From Deltaproteobacteria bacterium (GTDB taxonomy: Bacteria; Myxococcota_A; Polyangia; HGW-17; SLPX01), in contig JAABSF010000001.1 of the NCBI GenBank assembly GCA_011390535.1, forward strand, positions 1 to 40,750: a stretch of DNA of 40,750 bases, written 5' to 3'. The translations under genes were made by a program, and so were the position numbers. The notes beneath the pieces are model-generated. The model was not told where the DNA came from and did no database searches. It saw nothing but the letters and a program-made list of their open reading frames with translations. This document shows, piece after piece, positions 29,601-37,923 of the stretch (position 1 is its first letter; the number at the start of each line of letters is the position of its first letter).

Positions 29601-29684
29601 TTTTCCTAATTTTCCCTTGTAAACAGGCGCGGGTTCTTTTCCTCTGTGAATCTCTTGCTCAAAAATGTTTTTTTTTGACCCCAT
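26667..29684 (-). CDS. Large (~1005 aa) acidic protein with C-terminal HEAT/armadillo-like repeats; function unknown
   Basis: The ATG at 29684 is preceded by AAAGGAGGTGCATTAGGG. Two folded-looking regions are separated by long D/E/S-rich linkers. The HEAT-like segment is ...FLRQGSALALGAIRSGKAIEPLIECLLTEPTGIWKEIARVLGEIGPGSV..., and the C-terminal tail is acidic. Confidence 0.65.
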   Translation of the reverse strand: MGSKKNIFEQEIHRGKEPAPVYKGKLGKTRLESVHFSTPSGQITSVRVHTAVNATTDPALAERLCSGTLNWVRLRDDDELYPVPIPVIYHDETLKLFILVLPEAFRCRELEERSAVLSKLTEDREHTIPFYVHQFNVVYGNEDLSWVVESAKSPHIETTPVRPPPSRYFKNGENIALSRDHFSRKAPERGELNGRRISSPPPPKKRIRTTNELDVGKPQKSSFASDSEPADIFSESQDARSLLQADAEAILDDFDSLETWNINDKDPFEEDSGPAATAPVNIVDEESLLEEKPVSDSFPELSPPTQILDSDKAGAKIIHPSASERKDTSENLDRTDSDDSNDADDSAIKPTNIQGEDLPENLHHWKETDETHHIYRDGDIVCFAARLQPEVLEAFLGTDPNVMLQLFATPTYPLVVFTISSSEKPGFDQHWPFDILDEKHLDLIETLGKDFRFHLDFYDQDLSPVFRREIHVPLEENTRMIRKEATEILTSLGSTEPDYSSAMDVWKSNLKNEWLTESPDFNEKTFIDLDSPRKVKDALEILTPWLEPDRQWNLIFVQSFPNIWLRKIKNRIVKASMEKGIWLPPVLLEWALDKGFVTSKKDLIRTCMANFTHVIFEQNRNDLTLEEELKNWKTLAKEGEKKGVPLEKKGEQRIKELQESIAEKKLHSADEKKEKTEESQETTHASPNETESSATDDDQNDLIDKESEKEKSGSSVSLNSDLVDDSEKASQKSNASPVWEKNVDEALQNDLNNLRNISDDGLLDKLDDKQSRLSAAMILCERKDASSIKPLFEAMRLMTRQEVLQIMPMMVSFGEKAESYFIDDLKSNKSFLRQGSALALGAIRSGKAIEPLIECLLTEPTGIWKEIARVLGEIGPGSVMSLTAKIPKVNAEGKERISWALAHIAASSSQTKSLEDLAESQSVPGSAVANRAMDLIEEAKKVNKDAKSPFEEEGESVVTSFTRRFLESLINDERELTDADIIEAEDIVEPEDILEETIPEPDEEP

Positions 29685-30029
29685 CCCTAATGCACCTCCT
29701 TTAATATTTACCAATAAATACCACACCGTCGTCTTTGGGTAAACTTTGTCTTGTTTTTTTGTCACCGTGTCAACGAATAGGAAAAACACGGCGGCTGCCG
29801 GTATTTGTGTTTTTATTTTTGATGAGTAAAGTAAGAACTTGTTTTCCTCACCAATGCAGGAGTATAAAATCAAACTAGTAGGATTTTGGGATTATGTTGA
29901 TATAGGATGAAGACCTATGGGTGGTAATCAGAAAAAGCAAAAATCCTAAAACACCCAAATTTTAGAGTTTTTTCAGGTGTGTGATACTGAGCGTCGAACG
30001 CCTGTTATCAGGGCAACAAGGAGGAAGCC

Positions 30030-32054
30030 GTGAAAAAGTCATTCATAGCAATGGTTATCTTGGGATTTCTTTTTTCAGCTTGTGGAGATGATGATTCACC
30101 CAGATGTGGTGATGGGGTAATCGATACAGAGCTGGGGGAGCAATGCGATGGAAGAAATGTTGGAGGATATACTTGCCAAGATGTGGATCCTAATACCCTG
30201 GGAGGTGTTTTAAGATGCCACGATCCTGGGGATGAAAATGAGTGCAAGTTCGATCTGTCGACTTGTGAGCGGCCGACTTGCGGAAACAATGTTGCAGAGG
30301 CAGGGGAACAGTGTGACGGCTATGACCTGAAAGGGGAGAGCTGCATCGGTCTAGGGAATGATGCCGGAGAGCTCAAGTGTTTCGGTCCCGATGATGAAAA
30401 TCCCTGTACATACGATGAATCGGGTTGTCTGAACAGTCCCTATTGCGGAGATGGTTATGTGGATGTAAATGAAGGAGAAGAATGTGATGGGACCGCATTG
30501 AACGGGCAAACTTGTCAAAGCCTTGGGTTTTTGGGGGGCAACCTTTTTTGCACCTCAGATTGCGAATTTGATACGGGTGATTGTCAGGAGCCGATCTGTG
30601 GAAATGATATCCGTGAAGCTGATGAAATCTGTGATGGAGAAGATTTGAACGGTGAGAACTGTATCACCATGGGTTACTTGGAAGGGGAACTGGGATGTGC
30701 GGACGATTGTCTCTCTTTTGATGAATCGGGATGTTCTGGTCACCCGGTTTGCGGAGATGGTGTTATAGAAGGAAACGAAGTCTGTGACGGAGATGCATTG
30801 GGTGGAGAGAGTTGTGTGACAAGGGGGTATCTGGAAGGATCTCTGGCTTGTCAAGAGGATTGCAAATCTTTTGATGAATCAGGGTGTTCAGGAACCAGCA
30901 ATTGTGTGGTGGACTATCCTTTAGGTGCTTTGCCGGACGATGTTCCTGTAAACGTAGATGGAGATCTTTCAGGGGCAACAGATGACAATAGCACAAGCTG
31001 TAACACTTTCGGGATAATAGGTTCAGTTGATCAGGTTGTTCAGTTTACTTTGCCGATGGGCGGCGATGTGACGGTGCAGTACGAATTCGGAATGATGGCG
31101 ATGTCAGTGATCGCTCTTTTCAATGCAGCCAATGAAAACTGTGATGATGAAGAGCTTGCATGTGAAGATGCTTCTATGGAGGGGCAAATTTTTTACGAAG
31201 GACTCTCTTCAGGGAGTTATTTTCTTATCGTAGAAGATGCTTCTTTCATGGGAGGAGGCGGCCCCTATTCTTTGGTTTTGACCGCCACAGTGCCTGAAGA
31301 TCCGGAGATCTGTGATAACGGAATCGACGACAATGGTAATGGGCTCACTGACTGTGAGGACAGCGCCCACTGCTGTGGAGAAGCTCATTGTAGTTCCGAT
31401 CCAGACTATTGTAATCTTGACGCATCCTCATGCACCGCAGATGCATCTTGTCAGGGAGGGATTTGTTTTAGAGAAGAGGACACTGGGTGGCCTGCAGGTT
31501 TTTGCACCTCTGATTGCGGTACTATGGGAACATGCGATTCCGGATTAGAGTGCGTGCAATATACGCCCGATGGAGGCTCACCTATGGATGTTTGTATCGC
31601 GACGTGTAACGGGCAGAGTTCGGATTGCCGGGATGGATATCTTTGCTCCGATTTTGGAAGCGGGCTCATTGCTTGCTATCCTGATTGTGTAGATAACAGC
31701 GAGTGTCCTGATACAGGGGAGTGTAACTTAGAGTCGGGTATGTGTGAGCCGAACCAAGGGTTGCATTCCACCGGGGGTGAGTGCGTAGGGTATGATGAGT
31801 GTGAAGGTGGGGTATGTTTCAAGGAAGCTGATTTTGGCGTCAATGCTGGATATTGCTCCAGTATGTGCAGTTTATCAGATCCACATTGTCCTAATGATGG
31901 GGTTTGTGTGAACTACTTTGATACTGCTGCAGATGATGGTTATTGCTTTGTCGCATGCAATGATGTCGGAGACTGTCGAGATGACACTAACTTCCAGTGT
32001 GTCGAGAACTCACACAACCCACCGCCGGCGGATCTAATCTGTGAGTGGAATTGA
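30030..32054 (+). CDS. Cys-rich repeat surface protein (myxobacterial-type CGDG...CDG repeats, PPC-like domain, Cys-rich C-terminal modules); probable lipoprotein
   Basis: The start is GTG with an AAGGAGGA RBS. The signal sequence is MKKSFIAMVILGFLFSAC. There are five CG(D/N)G...E.CDG... repeats, then a beta-rich domain, then CDNGIDDNGNGLTDCED and further Cys-rich modules. Confidence 0.8.
   Translation: MKKSFIAMVILGFLFSACGDDDSPRCGDGVIDTELGEQCDGRNVGGYTCQDVDPNTLGGVLRCHDPGDENECKFDLSTCERPTCGNNVAEAGEQCDGYDLKGESCIGLGNDAGELKCFGPDDENPCTYDESGCLNSPYCGDGYVDVNEGEECDGTALNGQTCQSLGFLGGNLFCTSDCEFDTGDCQEPICGNDIREADEICDGEDLNGENCITMGYLEGELGCADDCLSFDESGCSGHPVCGDGVIEGNEVCDGDALGGESCVTRGYLEGSLACQEDCKSFDESGCSGTSNCVVDYPLGALPDDVPVNVDGDLSGATDDNSTSCNTFGIIGSVDQVVQFTLPMGGDVTVQYEFGMMAMSVIALFNAANENCDDEELACEDASMEGQIFYEGLSSGSYFLIVEDASFMGGGGPYSLVLTATVPEDPEICDNGIDDNGNGLTDCEDSAHCCGEAHCSSDPDYCNLDASSCTADASCQGGICFREEDTGWPAGFCTSDCGTMGTCDSGLECVQYTPDGGSPMDVCIATCNGQSSDCRDGYLCSDFGSGLIACYPDCVDNSECPDTGECNLESGMCEPNQGLHSTGGECVGYDECEGGVCFKEADFGVNAGYCSSMCSLSDPHCPNDGVCVNYFDTAADDGYCFVACNDVGDCRDDTNFQCVENSHNPPPADLICEWN
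30105..30899 (+). repeat. Five tandem ~50-57-codon Cys-rich repeats inside the CDS
   Basis: Repeat units start at residues C26, C84, C139, C190 and C241. Units 4 and 5 are clearly alike: CGNDIREADEICDGEDLNGENCITMGYLEGELGCADDCLSFDESGCSG versus CGDGVIEGNEVCDGDALGGESCVTRGYLEGSLACQEDCKSFDESGCSG. Confidence 0.85.
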
Positions 32055-32109
32055 TGGCTTAGGGATAAAAAAATAAGATCGCAGAAACGAGGGCAACGAA
32101 ACACGCCCT

Positions 32110-33579
32110 TTAGAATGAGAAGCTCACTCCCGCCGTAAAGTCTATATGAAAAGTGAACAAATCCGAGTCATTCCAGACGGTCATCAAAAATGCCGTTTCT
32201 ACATACCCTGTGACCAAGGTTCCTTTGCCGATTCTGAGTCCTGCAAAACCACTCGGCGCGATGCCCATCGCGAGGGATGTGTCTGTGAAATTACCTTCAT
32301 TCAGATCCAGAGGAACAGCGTGACGGATTTGTGCAAACCCCAATCCTCCCCCAGCGTATAGGCCAAGCCAGTTGTTCAGAAAGTTCATTATGTCATATCG
32401 TGCTCTCACAAGGGCTGCGAAATCCGCTATTGCAGCGCCGGGAACATTTTTTGTGAACATCTTGATATAGCCGAAACGCCCCTGAAGGCTCAAAAGGAGC
32501 TTGGGAATTATGTAGTAACCAAACTCAACGGTGGCGCCTAGGGATCCGGGGGCAAGACCAGGGTTCTCTATTTGATCATAAGGCTCACCGGTTCGAACAG
32601 CGACCCCCCCTTGTTCATCCATTACCTCCACTGGTCCGCGTGCCAAACCAATACCAAAAGCAGGACCGAACCGAAGGAGAAAACGTTTTTTACCGGTTCG
32701 CTTCTTTTTTTGTTGGGTTTTCCCTATCAAAGGGTTTTCTTTGTCCGCTAATCCGCCTTCAGAAACAATTTCGATTATATGAGGGCTAATCATACTCCCT
32801 GAAGAAGCAACCACCATGTCGGATTTTGGTTTTGCTCGAATATAGTATTGAAGAGTCCTGCCCCACACCGCGCTGCCAGGGATCAACGCCTCCCAGGTAT
32901 AGGGTTTATTAGTTTTCTCCATCTGTATTGTCTTGAAAACTTCCTGTTTAAAAGGGCGATAGAACAACAATACTTCTTTAGGTTGCACCTCTTCACTTAT
33001 CCGACAAGTTACACTCAGAGGAATACCTTGTGGCGCTTGGGCAATCGGTTCGTGTTCCAATGGCACGCTTGGAGCACCTACTTCAACAGGTGGGAGATCT
33101 TCTTTTTCTATTTCAATTTCCGGCCATGGCGCAGGTTCTGATTTAATTCTCAATCGCCGCCTCGCCCAGTTGTATATTTTAGACAGTACGGGGGTTGCCA
33201 CATCCTTGTCGAGAGGTGCTTCCGGCCTGACTCTCAGCGCCTGAATAAAAAACTTTCTAGCCAGGCCTTTTTTTCCTTCACCTCCGGCCAGAAGAATGCC
33301 GAGATTCATAAGTGTTTTTGCGTGAATCCAGTCATAAGTGCAGCCGGCATTTTCTGCTTTTTTGAACGCCTTTTGCAATAACTCTCGGGCCTTTTGAAAC
33401 TCCATGTTTTGGTATTGTTCCATGGCCTCTTGGTTTGTTTTGTGTATTTCTTTTCGATCATCATCAGAACATTGTGCCCAAGCCCTTGAATTTCCCAACG
33501 TGGTGATCAAAAAAGTGAAAACTAAAACAAAAGATAACCCATAAAATGCTGGTTTTAGAATAGGTGTTCTGTTGCTCAT
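32110..33579 (-). CDS. Outer-membrane protein: signal peptide, TPR-like helical region, beta-sandwich-like middle, C-terminal beta-barrel
   Basis: The signal peptide ends ...NSRAWA. The C-terminal third shows alternating hydrophobic beta-strand patterning and ends ...GVSFSF, the terminal aromatic residue typical of BAM substrates. An AAGGAA RBS is present. Confidence 0.65.
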   Translation of the reverse strand: MSNRTPILKPAFYGLSFVLVFTFLITTLGNSRAWAQCSDDDRKEIHKTNQEAMEQYQNMEFQKARELLQKAFKKAENAGCTYDWIHAKTLMNLGILLAGGEGKKGLARKFFIQALRVRPEAPLDKDVATPVLSKIYNWARRRLRIKSEPAPWPEIEIEKEDLPPVEVGAPSVPLEHEPIAQAPQGIPLSVTCRISEEVQPKEVLLFYRPFKQEVFKTIQMEKTNKPYTWEALIPGSAVWGRTLQYYIRAKPKSDMVVASSGSMISPHIIEIVSEGGLADKENPLIGKTQQKKKRTGKKRFLLRFGPAFGIGLARGPVEVMDEQGGVAVRTGEPYDQIENPGLAPGSLGATVEFGYYIIPKLLLSLQGRFGYIKMFTKNVPGAAIADFAALVRARYDIMNFLNNWLGLYAGGGLGFAQIRHAVPLDLNEGNFTDTSLAMGIAPSGFAGLRIGKGTLVTGYVETAFLMTVWNDSDLFTFHIDFTAGVSFSF

Positions 33580-33710
33580 TTCGAATGTTCCTTTTTTATC
33601 TTTTCAAGATATCATACAGGAAAGCAAAGACCCAATGAAGAGATCATTTTATGACACTTATTAAGACAAGTGAAGAAAAGCTATTTCGTGAATGTTGCTT
33701 GTTGAAATAG

Positions 33711-33765
33711 TTTCCATCCCAGAACCCGGGACCGAGGCGCCGGGAGGGGTTTCGGGATGGGAACT
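33711..33765 (+). promoter_or_regulatory. Long imperfect GC-rich hairpin carrying the GGTTTCGGGATGGGA motif upstream of the kinase gene
   Basis: The inner stem is CCCGG (33725-33729) with CCGGG (33740-33744). The outer arms TTCCATCCCAGAAC and GGGGTTTCGGGATGGGAA pair with bulges. The 15-mer at 33748-33762 is the reverse complement of 11619-11633. Confidence 0.35.
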
Positions 33766-33819
33766 AAAATAGGATTGATATAACGGTGTTCTGGAAAAAC
33801 TGCAATTAGGGAGTTCATT

Positions 33820-35097
33820 GTGAGCGCAAAAAAATATGAAGTTGTAAAGAGGCTTGATGCAGGGGGAATGGCGGAAGTTTACATCGGGCGAACGGTAGGG
33901 ATCGCAGGGATCACAAAAAAGGTGGCTATTAAGAGGGTTTTACCCCACCTGGCCAAGAACGAAAAATTTATGAGCATGTTCTTGGATGAAGCAAGGGTGG
34001 GAATGAAGCTGAGTCATGCGAATGTGGTGCAGGTTTTCGATGTAGGCGAGGAGGAAGGTACATATTTCATAGTTATGGAGTTTATCGACGGTGTCAGCCT
34101 GAAAGATATCATAGACATCTTGAAAGACAGGAGACAGGTTGTCCCCTTGGGAGCCGCTGTTCAGATAGCAGCAGAGGCTGCCAGAGGGCTTAGTTATGCG
34201 CATAATGCTAAAGATGAATGTGGAACACCTTTGAATATCGTCCATCGTGACGTTAGCCCACCGAATATATTGGTATCAGTGCAAGGTGAAGTAAAAGTTA
34301 CTGATTTTGGGTTGGCAAAAGCTGCAAGTCAGCTTGAAACTACAGATCCGGGGGTCGTTAAAGGGAAGTTTTCTTATCTCTCTCCCGAGGCTGTGGATGG
34401 AGAGGTTGTAGACAAGAGAGCGGATGTTTTTTCTCTAGGCATAGTTCTTTTTGAACTATTAACAGGGAAGAGGCTGTTTTTGGGAGAGACGGATTATCAG
34501 ACAGTGCAACTTGTTCAACGAGCCCATGTACCTTCTCTTAGAATGCTGAATCATACGGTTCCCGAGTTGCTTGACGATATCGTCCATAAAGCACTGGCAA
34601 AGGATAGAGGCTCACGTTACCAAACAGCAGAAGAGTTGGCAGATTCTTTAACCAGTTTCTTGTATACATCCGGGGTCAAGGCAACAAGTCGTCATGTAGC
34701 AGAGCTGGTGGCGGCGGTGAGAGGAGATCCCAAGAGCGCGGCAGCAAGGAAACTGGCTGAACAGTTAATGAGAGAAGAACTGTTTGGAGGGCTTTCCGGC
34801 GCAGGAATCTCAGGGTCTCCAGCGGCAGCCCTTTTAGATGGAAGCATCGGCGATTCAATAGTAGACCCTCGTAGCTGGATCGGAGATCTCGATTTTGAGG
34901 AAGAAGACGGCAACAGGCTGTCGGGGGAACAAAGAAGGTTCGCGAAAAGTATAGACATCGATATTTCGGGGCTGGACTTGCCGGACACTGATTTTGGCGA
35001 AACGGCGCCCCCTCATTCTGTAAAGGGAGAAACTCCCGACGAAAAAGGGGAGAAGTCGGGATTTTTTCGTCGGCTTTTTGGGGAAAAAGACAAATAA
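33820..35097 (+). CDS. Ser/Thr protein kinase (Hanks type) with a disordered C-terminal tail
   Basis: The start is GTG with an AGGGAG RBS. Kinase motifs: GAGGMAEVY, VAIKRV, HRDVSPPNIL, DFGLAK, YLSPE. Confidence 0.88.
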   Translation: MSAKKYEVVKRLDAGGMAEVYIGRTVGIAGITKKVAIKRVLPHLAKNEKFMSMFLDEARVGMKLSHANVVQVFDVGEEEGTYFIVMEFIDGVSLKDIIDILKDRRQVVPLGAAVQIAAEAARGLSYAHNAKDECGTPLNIVHRDVSPPNILVSVQGEVKVTDFGLAKAASQLETTDPGVVKGKFSYLSPEAVDGEVVDKRADVFSLGIVLFELLTGKRLFLGETDYQTVQLVQRAHVPSLRMLNHTVPELLDDIVHKALAKDRGSRYQTAEELADSLTSFLYTSGVKATSRHVAELVAAVRGDPKSAAARKLAEQLMREELFGGLSGAGISGSPAAALLDGSIGDSIVDPRSWIGDLDFEEEDGNRLSGEQRRFAKSIDIDISGLDLPDTDFGETAPPHSVKGETPDEKGEKSGFFRRLFGEKDK

Positions 35098-35104
35098 AAT
35101 AATT

Positions 35105-36025
35105 TTAACTGTAAAAGACTTTTTTGGGGAGAACTTTAGTACCTATTACCTTGGTGATCGCTATAAGGTCATTGGTTTTTGTATAGAGCGCGAAAGGTTT
35201 GCCACTTTCAGGGACAACTGAAGGTGAGTGAGCCATTGCGTCAAGATCAAGATGCTGACCGTTGAGTAAGCGTTTAATCTCCTCTTCTGATACTTCTGCC
35301 GCAGGAAGGTCCGAGAGGATTAGTCGAGGTGGTATAATTAGCTCATGAACGGACCCAGTGCTTTTTGCTTTCTCCACAACCTCGATAGAAATGGCGTCTT
35401 CACTTTTTAAGATGCCCACTTGTGTGCGTCTAAGTGAAGTGAGATGCGCTCCGCAACCAAGCTCCCTCCCAATATCACTTGCGAGCTGTCTTATATATGT
35501 GCCTTTTCCACATTCGACTTTTATTTGAAGAGTAGGAGACTCCCAGTTTAGAAGCTCCAGTTTGTGAATAGTAACTTCTCTGCTGGGAAGTTTTTTTGGT
35601 GCTTGATTGCTCCTCGCAAGCTCATATAGGCGACGGCCGTTTTGTTTAACGGCGGAGTAAACGGGGACTGTCTGTATTACGGTCCCGCGCCATTTAGACA
35701 GTATTGATTGGATTGTTTCTTTTGTGATGGTGTCAGGGACATTCTCTTGATAAAGGACATCTCCATCTGCGTCTTGAGTGTTGGTTACGATCCCGAGTAA
35801 AGCTTCGGCTACGTATGTCTTTCTATCGATAGCTACGAAATCCATAAGCCTTGTGGCTTTACCCAGAAGAATGGGTAACACCCCGGTGGCCATGGGATCC
35901 AGCGTGCCCCCATGGCCGATTTTTTTGATTTTCAATATCTTCTTTAGTTTATGTACAATGTCATAGGAGGTGCAGCCAGGAGGTTTATCAATGTTCAATA
36001 CGCCAAAATAATCTACCATAACCAC
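35105..36025 (-). CDS. truB: tRNA pseudouridine(55) synthase
   Basis: GVLNIDKPPGCTSYDIVHKLKKILKIKKIGHGGTLDPMATGVLPILLGKATRL contains the TruB catalytic Asp motif (GTLDP). It sits in operon context after rbfA and nrnA. Confidence 0.95.
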   Translation of the reverse strand: MVMVDYFGVLNIDKPPGCTSYDIVHKLKKILKIKKIGHGGTLDPMATGVLPILLGKATRLMDFVAIDRKTYVAEALLGIVTNTQDADGDVLYQENVPDTITKETIQSILSKWRGTVIQTVPVYSAVKQNGRRLYELARSNQAPKKLPSREVTIHKLELLNWESPTLQIKVECGKGTYIRQLASDIGRELGCGAHLTSLRRTQVGILKSEDAISIEVVEKAKSTGSVHELIIPPRLILSDLPAAEVSEEEIKRLLNGQHLDLDAMAHSPSVVPESGKPFALYTKTNDLIAITKVIGTKVLPKKVFYS

Positions 36026-36029
36026 TCAG

Positions 36030-36989
36030 CTATCGATTTTCGGTTAGTTTCTCGGATTCTTTCATTAATAAAGCTTTTGTTTTTTCCAAGGGACCTTTGA
36101 AAAAACAACCGGCTGCATTTTTGTGTCCGCCCCCGCCATGTCGTGAAGCCAATTCTGAGACATCGATGTTCCCCTTGGATCTCATGCTCGCTTTCCATCC
36201 GTTGTCTCTTTCAGAAAGCTGAATTGCGATCTCAACACCTTTAATCCCCCTCGCGTGATTGATGAAAGTATCCAGCATTGAATGATCTAGGCTTTCTTCT
36301 ATCAGGAGTTTTTTTGGGGCTATTATCATTGCCACTTTGCCGTTTTGGCTGATTTCCAGGGAAGAGAGTACTTTTGCGAGAAGCCGTATACGTCCTGCCG
36401 GGTTGTTTTCGTATATTGATATGGCCATTTTCCAGGGATCTACCCCCCAGCTTAAAACTTCTCCAGCGGTGTGAAGGCTCTCAGCGTTGGTGGACGAATA
36501 ACGAAAGCCTCCTGTATCTGTATATATAGCGCACCATATTGCTTCTCCCAACAAACGATCATTTTTGATACCCAGCGCACTTGCCAGACGATAAAGCATT
36601 ACTCCTGCAGCAGCTGCGTCAGGATCTCTCCAAACAAGATCACCGTACTCTTTGAACCGAAGATGATGATCTATGATCACCCTAAGTCCGGCTTGGGGTT
36701 TTTCTGGGAAATGGGGGCCCAGCAACGAGGGATCCGCTGTATCAAACACCAAGGATGCGTCAAAACTGGGTTCTTTGTCTAAGTCCTCCACTAAGGTATT
36801 CGGTCTGCCTAAAAATCCGAAAAGCTCAGGTATTCCGGAGTATGAATACAAAACAGCCTCTTTACCCATAAGCTCCAACAGTCGACCACAGCCTATGAGA
36901 CAACCTACCGCGTCTCCATCCGGATTACGATGACTAGTAACCAGAAAACGTTTATTGTTTTTTATGACCTCTATCACTTTCGAAATCAT
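36030..36989 (-). CDS. nrnA: DHH/DHHA1-family phosphoesterase (NrnA-like oligoribonuclease/pAp phosphatase)
   Basis: Motifs: ...LVTSHRNPDGDAVGC..., ...VFDTAD..., ...IIDHH..., ...GGGHKNAAG.... It overlaps the rbfA stop by 4 nt. Confidence 0.85.
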   Translation of the reverse strand: MISKVIEVIKNNKRFLVTSHRNPDGDAVGCLIGCGRLLELMGKEAVLYSYSGIPELFGFLGRPNTLVEDLDKEPSFDASLVFDTADPSLLGPHFPEKPQAGLRVIIDHHLRFKEYGDLVWRDPDAAAAGVMLYRLASALGIKNDRLLGEAIWCAIYTDTGGFRYSSTNAESLHTAGEVLSWGVDPWKMAISIYENNPAGRIRLLAKVLSSLEISQNGKVAMIIAPKKLLIEESLDHSMLDTFINHARGIKGVEIAIQLSERDNGWKASMRSKGNIDVSELASRHGGGGHKNAAGCFFKGPLEKTKALLMKESEKLTENR

Positions 36990-37429
36990 GTGTTGTCTCC
37001 GGAAGTTTCTGTGGGGGGCTTTTCTGTTGAAGAGGTTTTCTGTTCTGGATGTGCGTCACGGACATCATTTTCTTTAGAGATTTCGTCTAATAGATTTTCT
37101 ATTTTCATGGCATGGGAAAGAGTTTCATCGATAAAAAAAGAGAGCTGTGGAACCCTTCTGAGTGACAGTGATCGACCGATTTCACCTCGAATAAACGCTG
37201 TAGCGGCGGCAAAGCCGGCTAAAGCATTTTTCTTTTCTTGCTCGTCTTGTGTTGAAAGGGAAACAAACACTTTTGCGTATCGAAGATCTTTTGTAACTTC
37301 TACATCTGTTACTGTTACAAGGCCGCAATCTTGTATTCTTGGATCTCGAATATGGTGCAAAAGAGTTTCACCGACTTTTTGTTTTATACTCTTAGCGATG
37401 CGTCGAGTTCTTTTTGTTTCGGTAGACAT
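36986..37429 (-). CDS. rbfA: Ribosome-binding factor A (with a C-terminal extension)
   Basis: RTRRIAKSIKQKVGETLLHHIRDPRIQDCGLVTVTDVEVTKDLRYAKVFVSL is the RbfA KH-like core. It lies downstream of infB. Confidence 0.92.
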   Translation of the reverse strand: MSTETKRTRRIAKSIKQKVGETLLHHIRDPRIQDCGLVTVTDVEVTKDLRYAKVFVSLSTQDEQEKKNALAGFAAATAFIRGEIGRSLSLRRVPQLSFFIDETLSHAMKIENLLDEISKENDVRDAHPEQKTSSTEKPPTETSGDNT

Positions 37430-37435
37430 CTCAGC

Positions 37436-37810
37436 TCAGCTATCCTCTTTCTCGGAAAAAAAACTCTCGTCTATTATGTCCGAGTAATCTTTTTCGACAA
37501 ATGCTTCGTTTTCCCAAGTGTTGCCCATATGTAAAATTTCTGTGTTGTATTCAATAATATACGCGACATTAAGACCTTCAATAAAATGAATTACTTTTTG
37601 TACCACCTCATCAGCGTGTTTTCCTTCTGCAGATACGTAAGCAAAACCTATGATGGACAACTGCCATTTGTCTTGTTTATCCACTTCCGCTATGCTGACT
37701 TTAAACCTGGAACGTGTTTTGTCCAAAATGCTTCGCAGGACTTTGCGTTTGGCTTTCAACGATTGGCTGTTTGGGATTTTAAGAGCTAAGCGTGCTACGC
37801 CGACTTTCAT
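37436..37810 (-). CDS. DUF503 (YlxP-like) protein
   Basis: MKVGVARLALKIPNSQSLKAKRKVLRSILDKTRSRFKVSIAEVDKQDKWQ... matches the DUF503 pattern. It holds the conserved position between infB and rbfA. Confidence 0.85.
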   Translation of the reverse strand: MKVGVARLALKIPNSQSLKAKRKVLRSILDKTRSRFKVSIAEVDKQDKWQLSIIGFAYVSAEGKHADEVVQKVIHFIEGLNVAYIIEYNTEILHMGNTWENEAFVEKDYSDIIDESFFSEKEDS

Positions 37811-37923
37811 GAAAAGACCTCTCTGGGTGGGCCATAACTCTGGGGAAGAGCGATGAACGAGACTCTCTGCGATCTAAAACAATGGGGAAAGATCTGTCTT
37901 TGTGATAGCACGAATAAAAAGCT

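Noticed and set aside
29888-29957. 9-bp inverted repeat TAGGATTTT ... AAAATCCTA in the HEAT/Cys-rich divergent spacer
   Set aside because: It is AT-rich, short and separated by 52 nt, which is within chance expectation for an AT-rich 345-nt spacer.
32088-32110. Short stem AGGGC/GCCCT between the convergent Cys-rich and OMP genes, as a possible bidirectional terminator
   Set aside because: The stem is only 5-6 bp with a 10-nt loop. No T-tract is adjacent on the + strand and only a distant one on the - strand, so it is too weak to call.
33043-33058. Sigma-54-like TGGCACGCTTGGAGCA (GG-N10-GC spacing) on the + strand
   Set aside because: It lies inside the OMP coding region on the opposite strand, about 770 nt from the next + strand gene. 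The -12 element is GAGCA rather than TTGCA.
33760-33790. ECF-type promoter reading of GGAAC in the shared motif (possibly recognised by the neighbouring sigma-like module)
   Set aside because: At 33760 the nearest CG(G)T lies 19 nt downstream, against the usual 16-17. At the other locus the -35-like core is GGAGC, and the nearest CGTA is about 28 nt away. No conserved -10 is shared, so the promoter interpretation is unsupported.
36930-37487. 185-aa + strand ORF antisense to rbfA and the nrnA 5' end
   Set aside because: It is a shadow ORF opposite two well-supported conserved genes. It is Ser/Phe-rich with no RBS.
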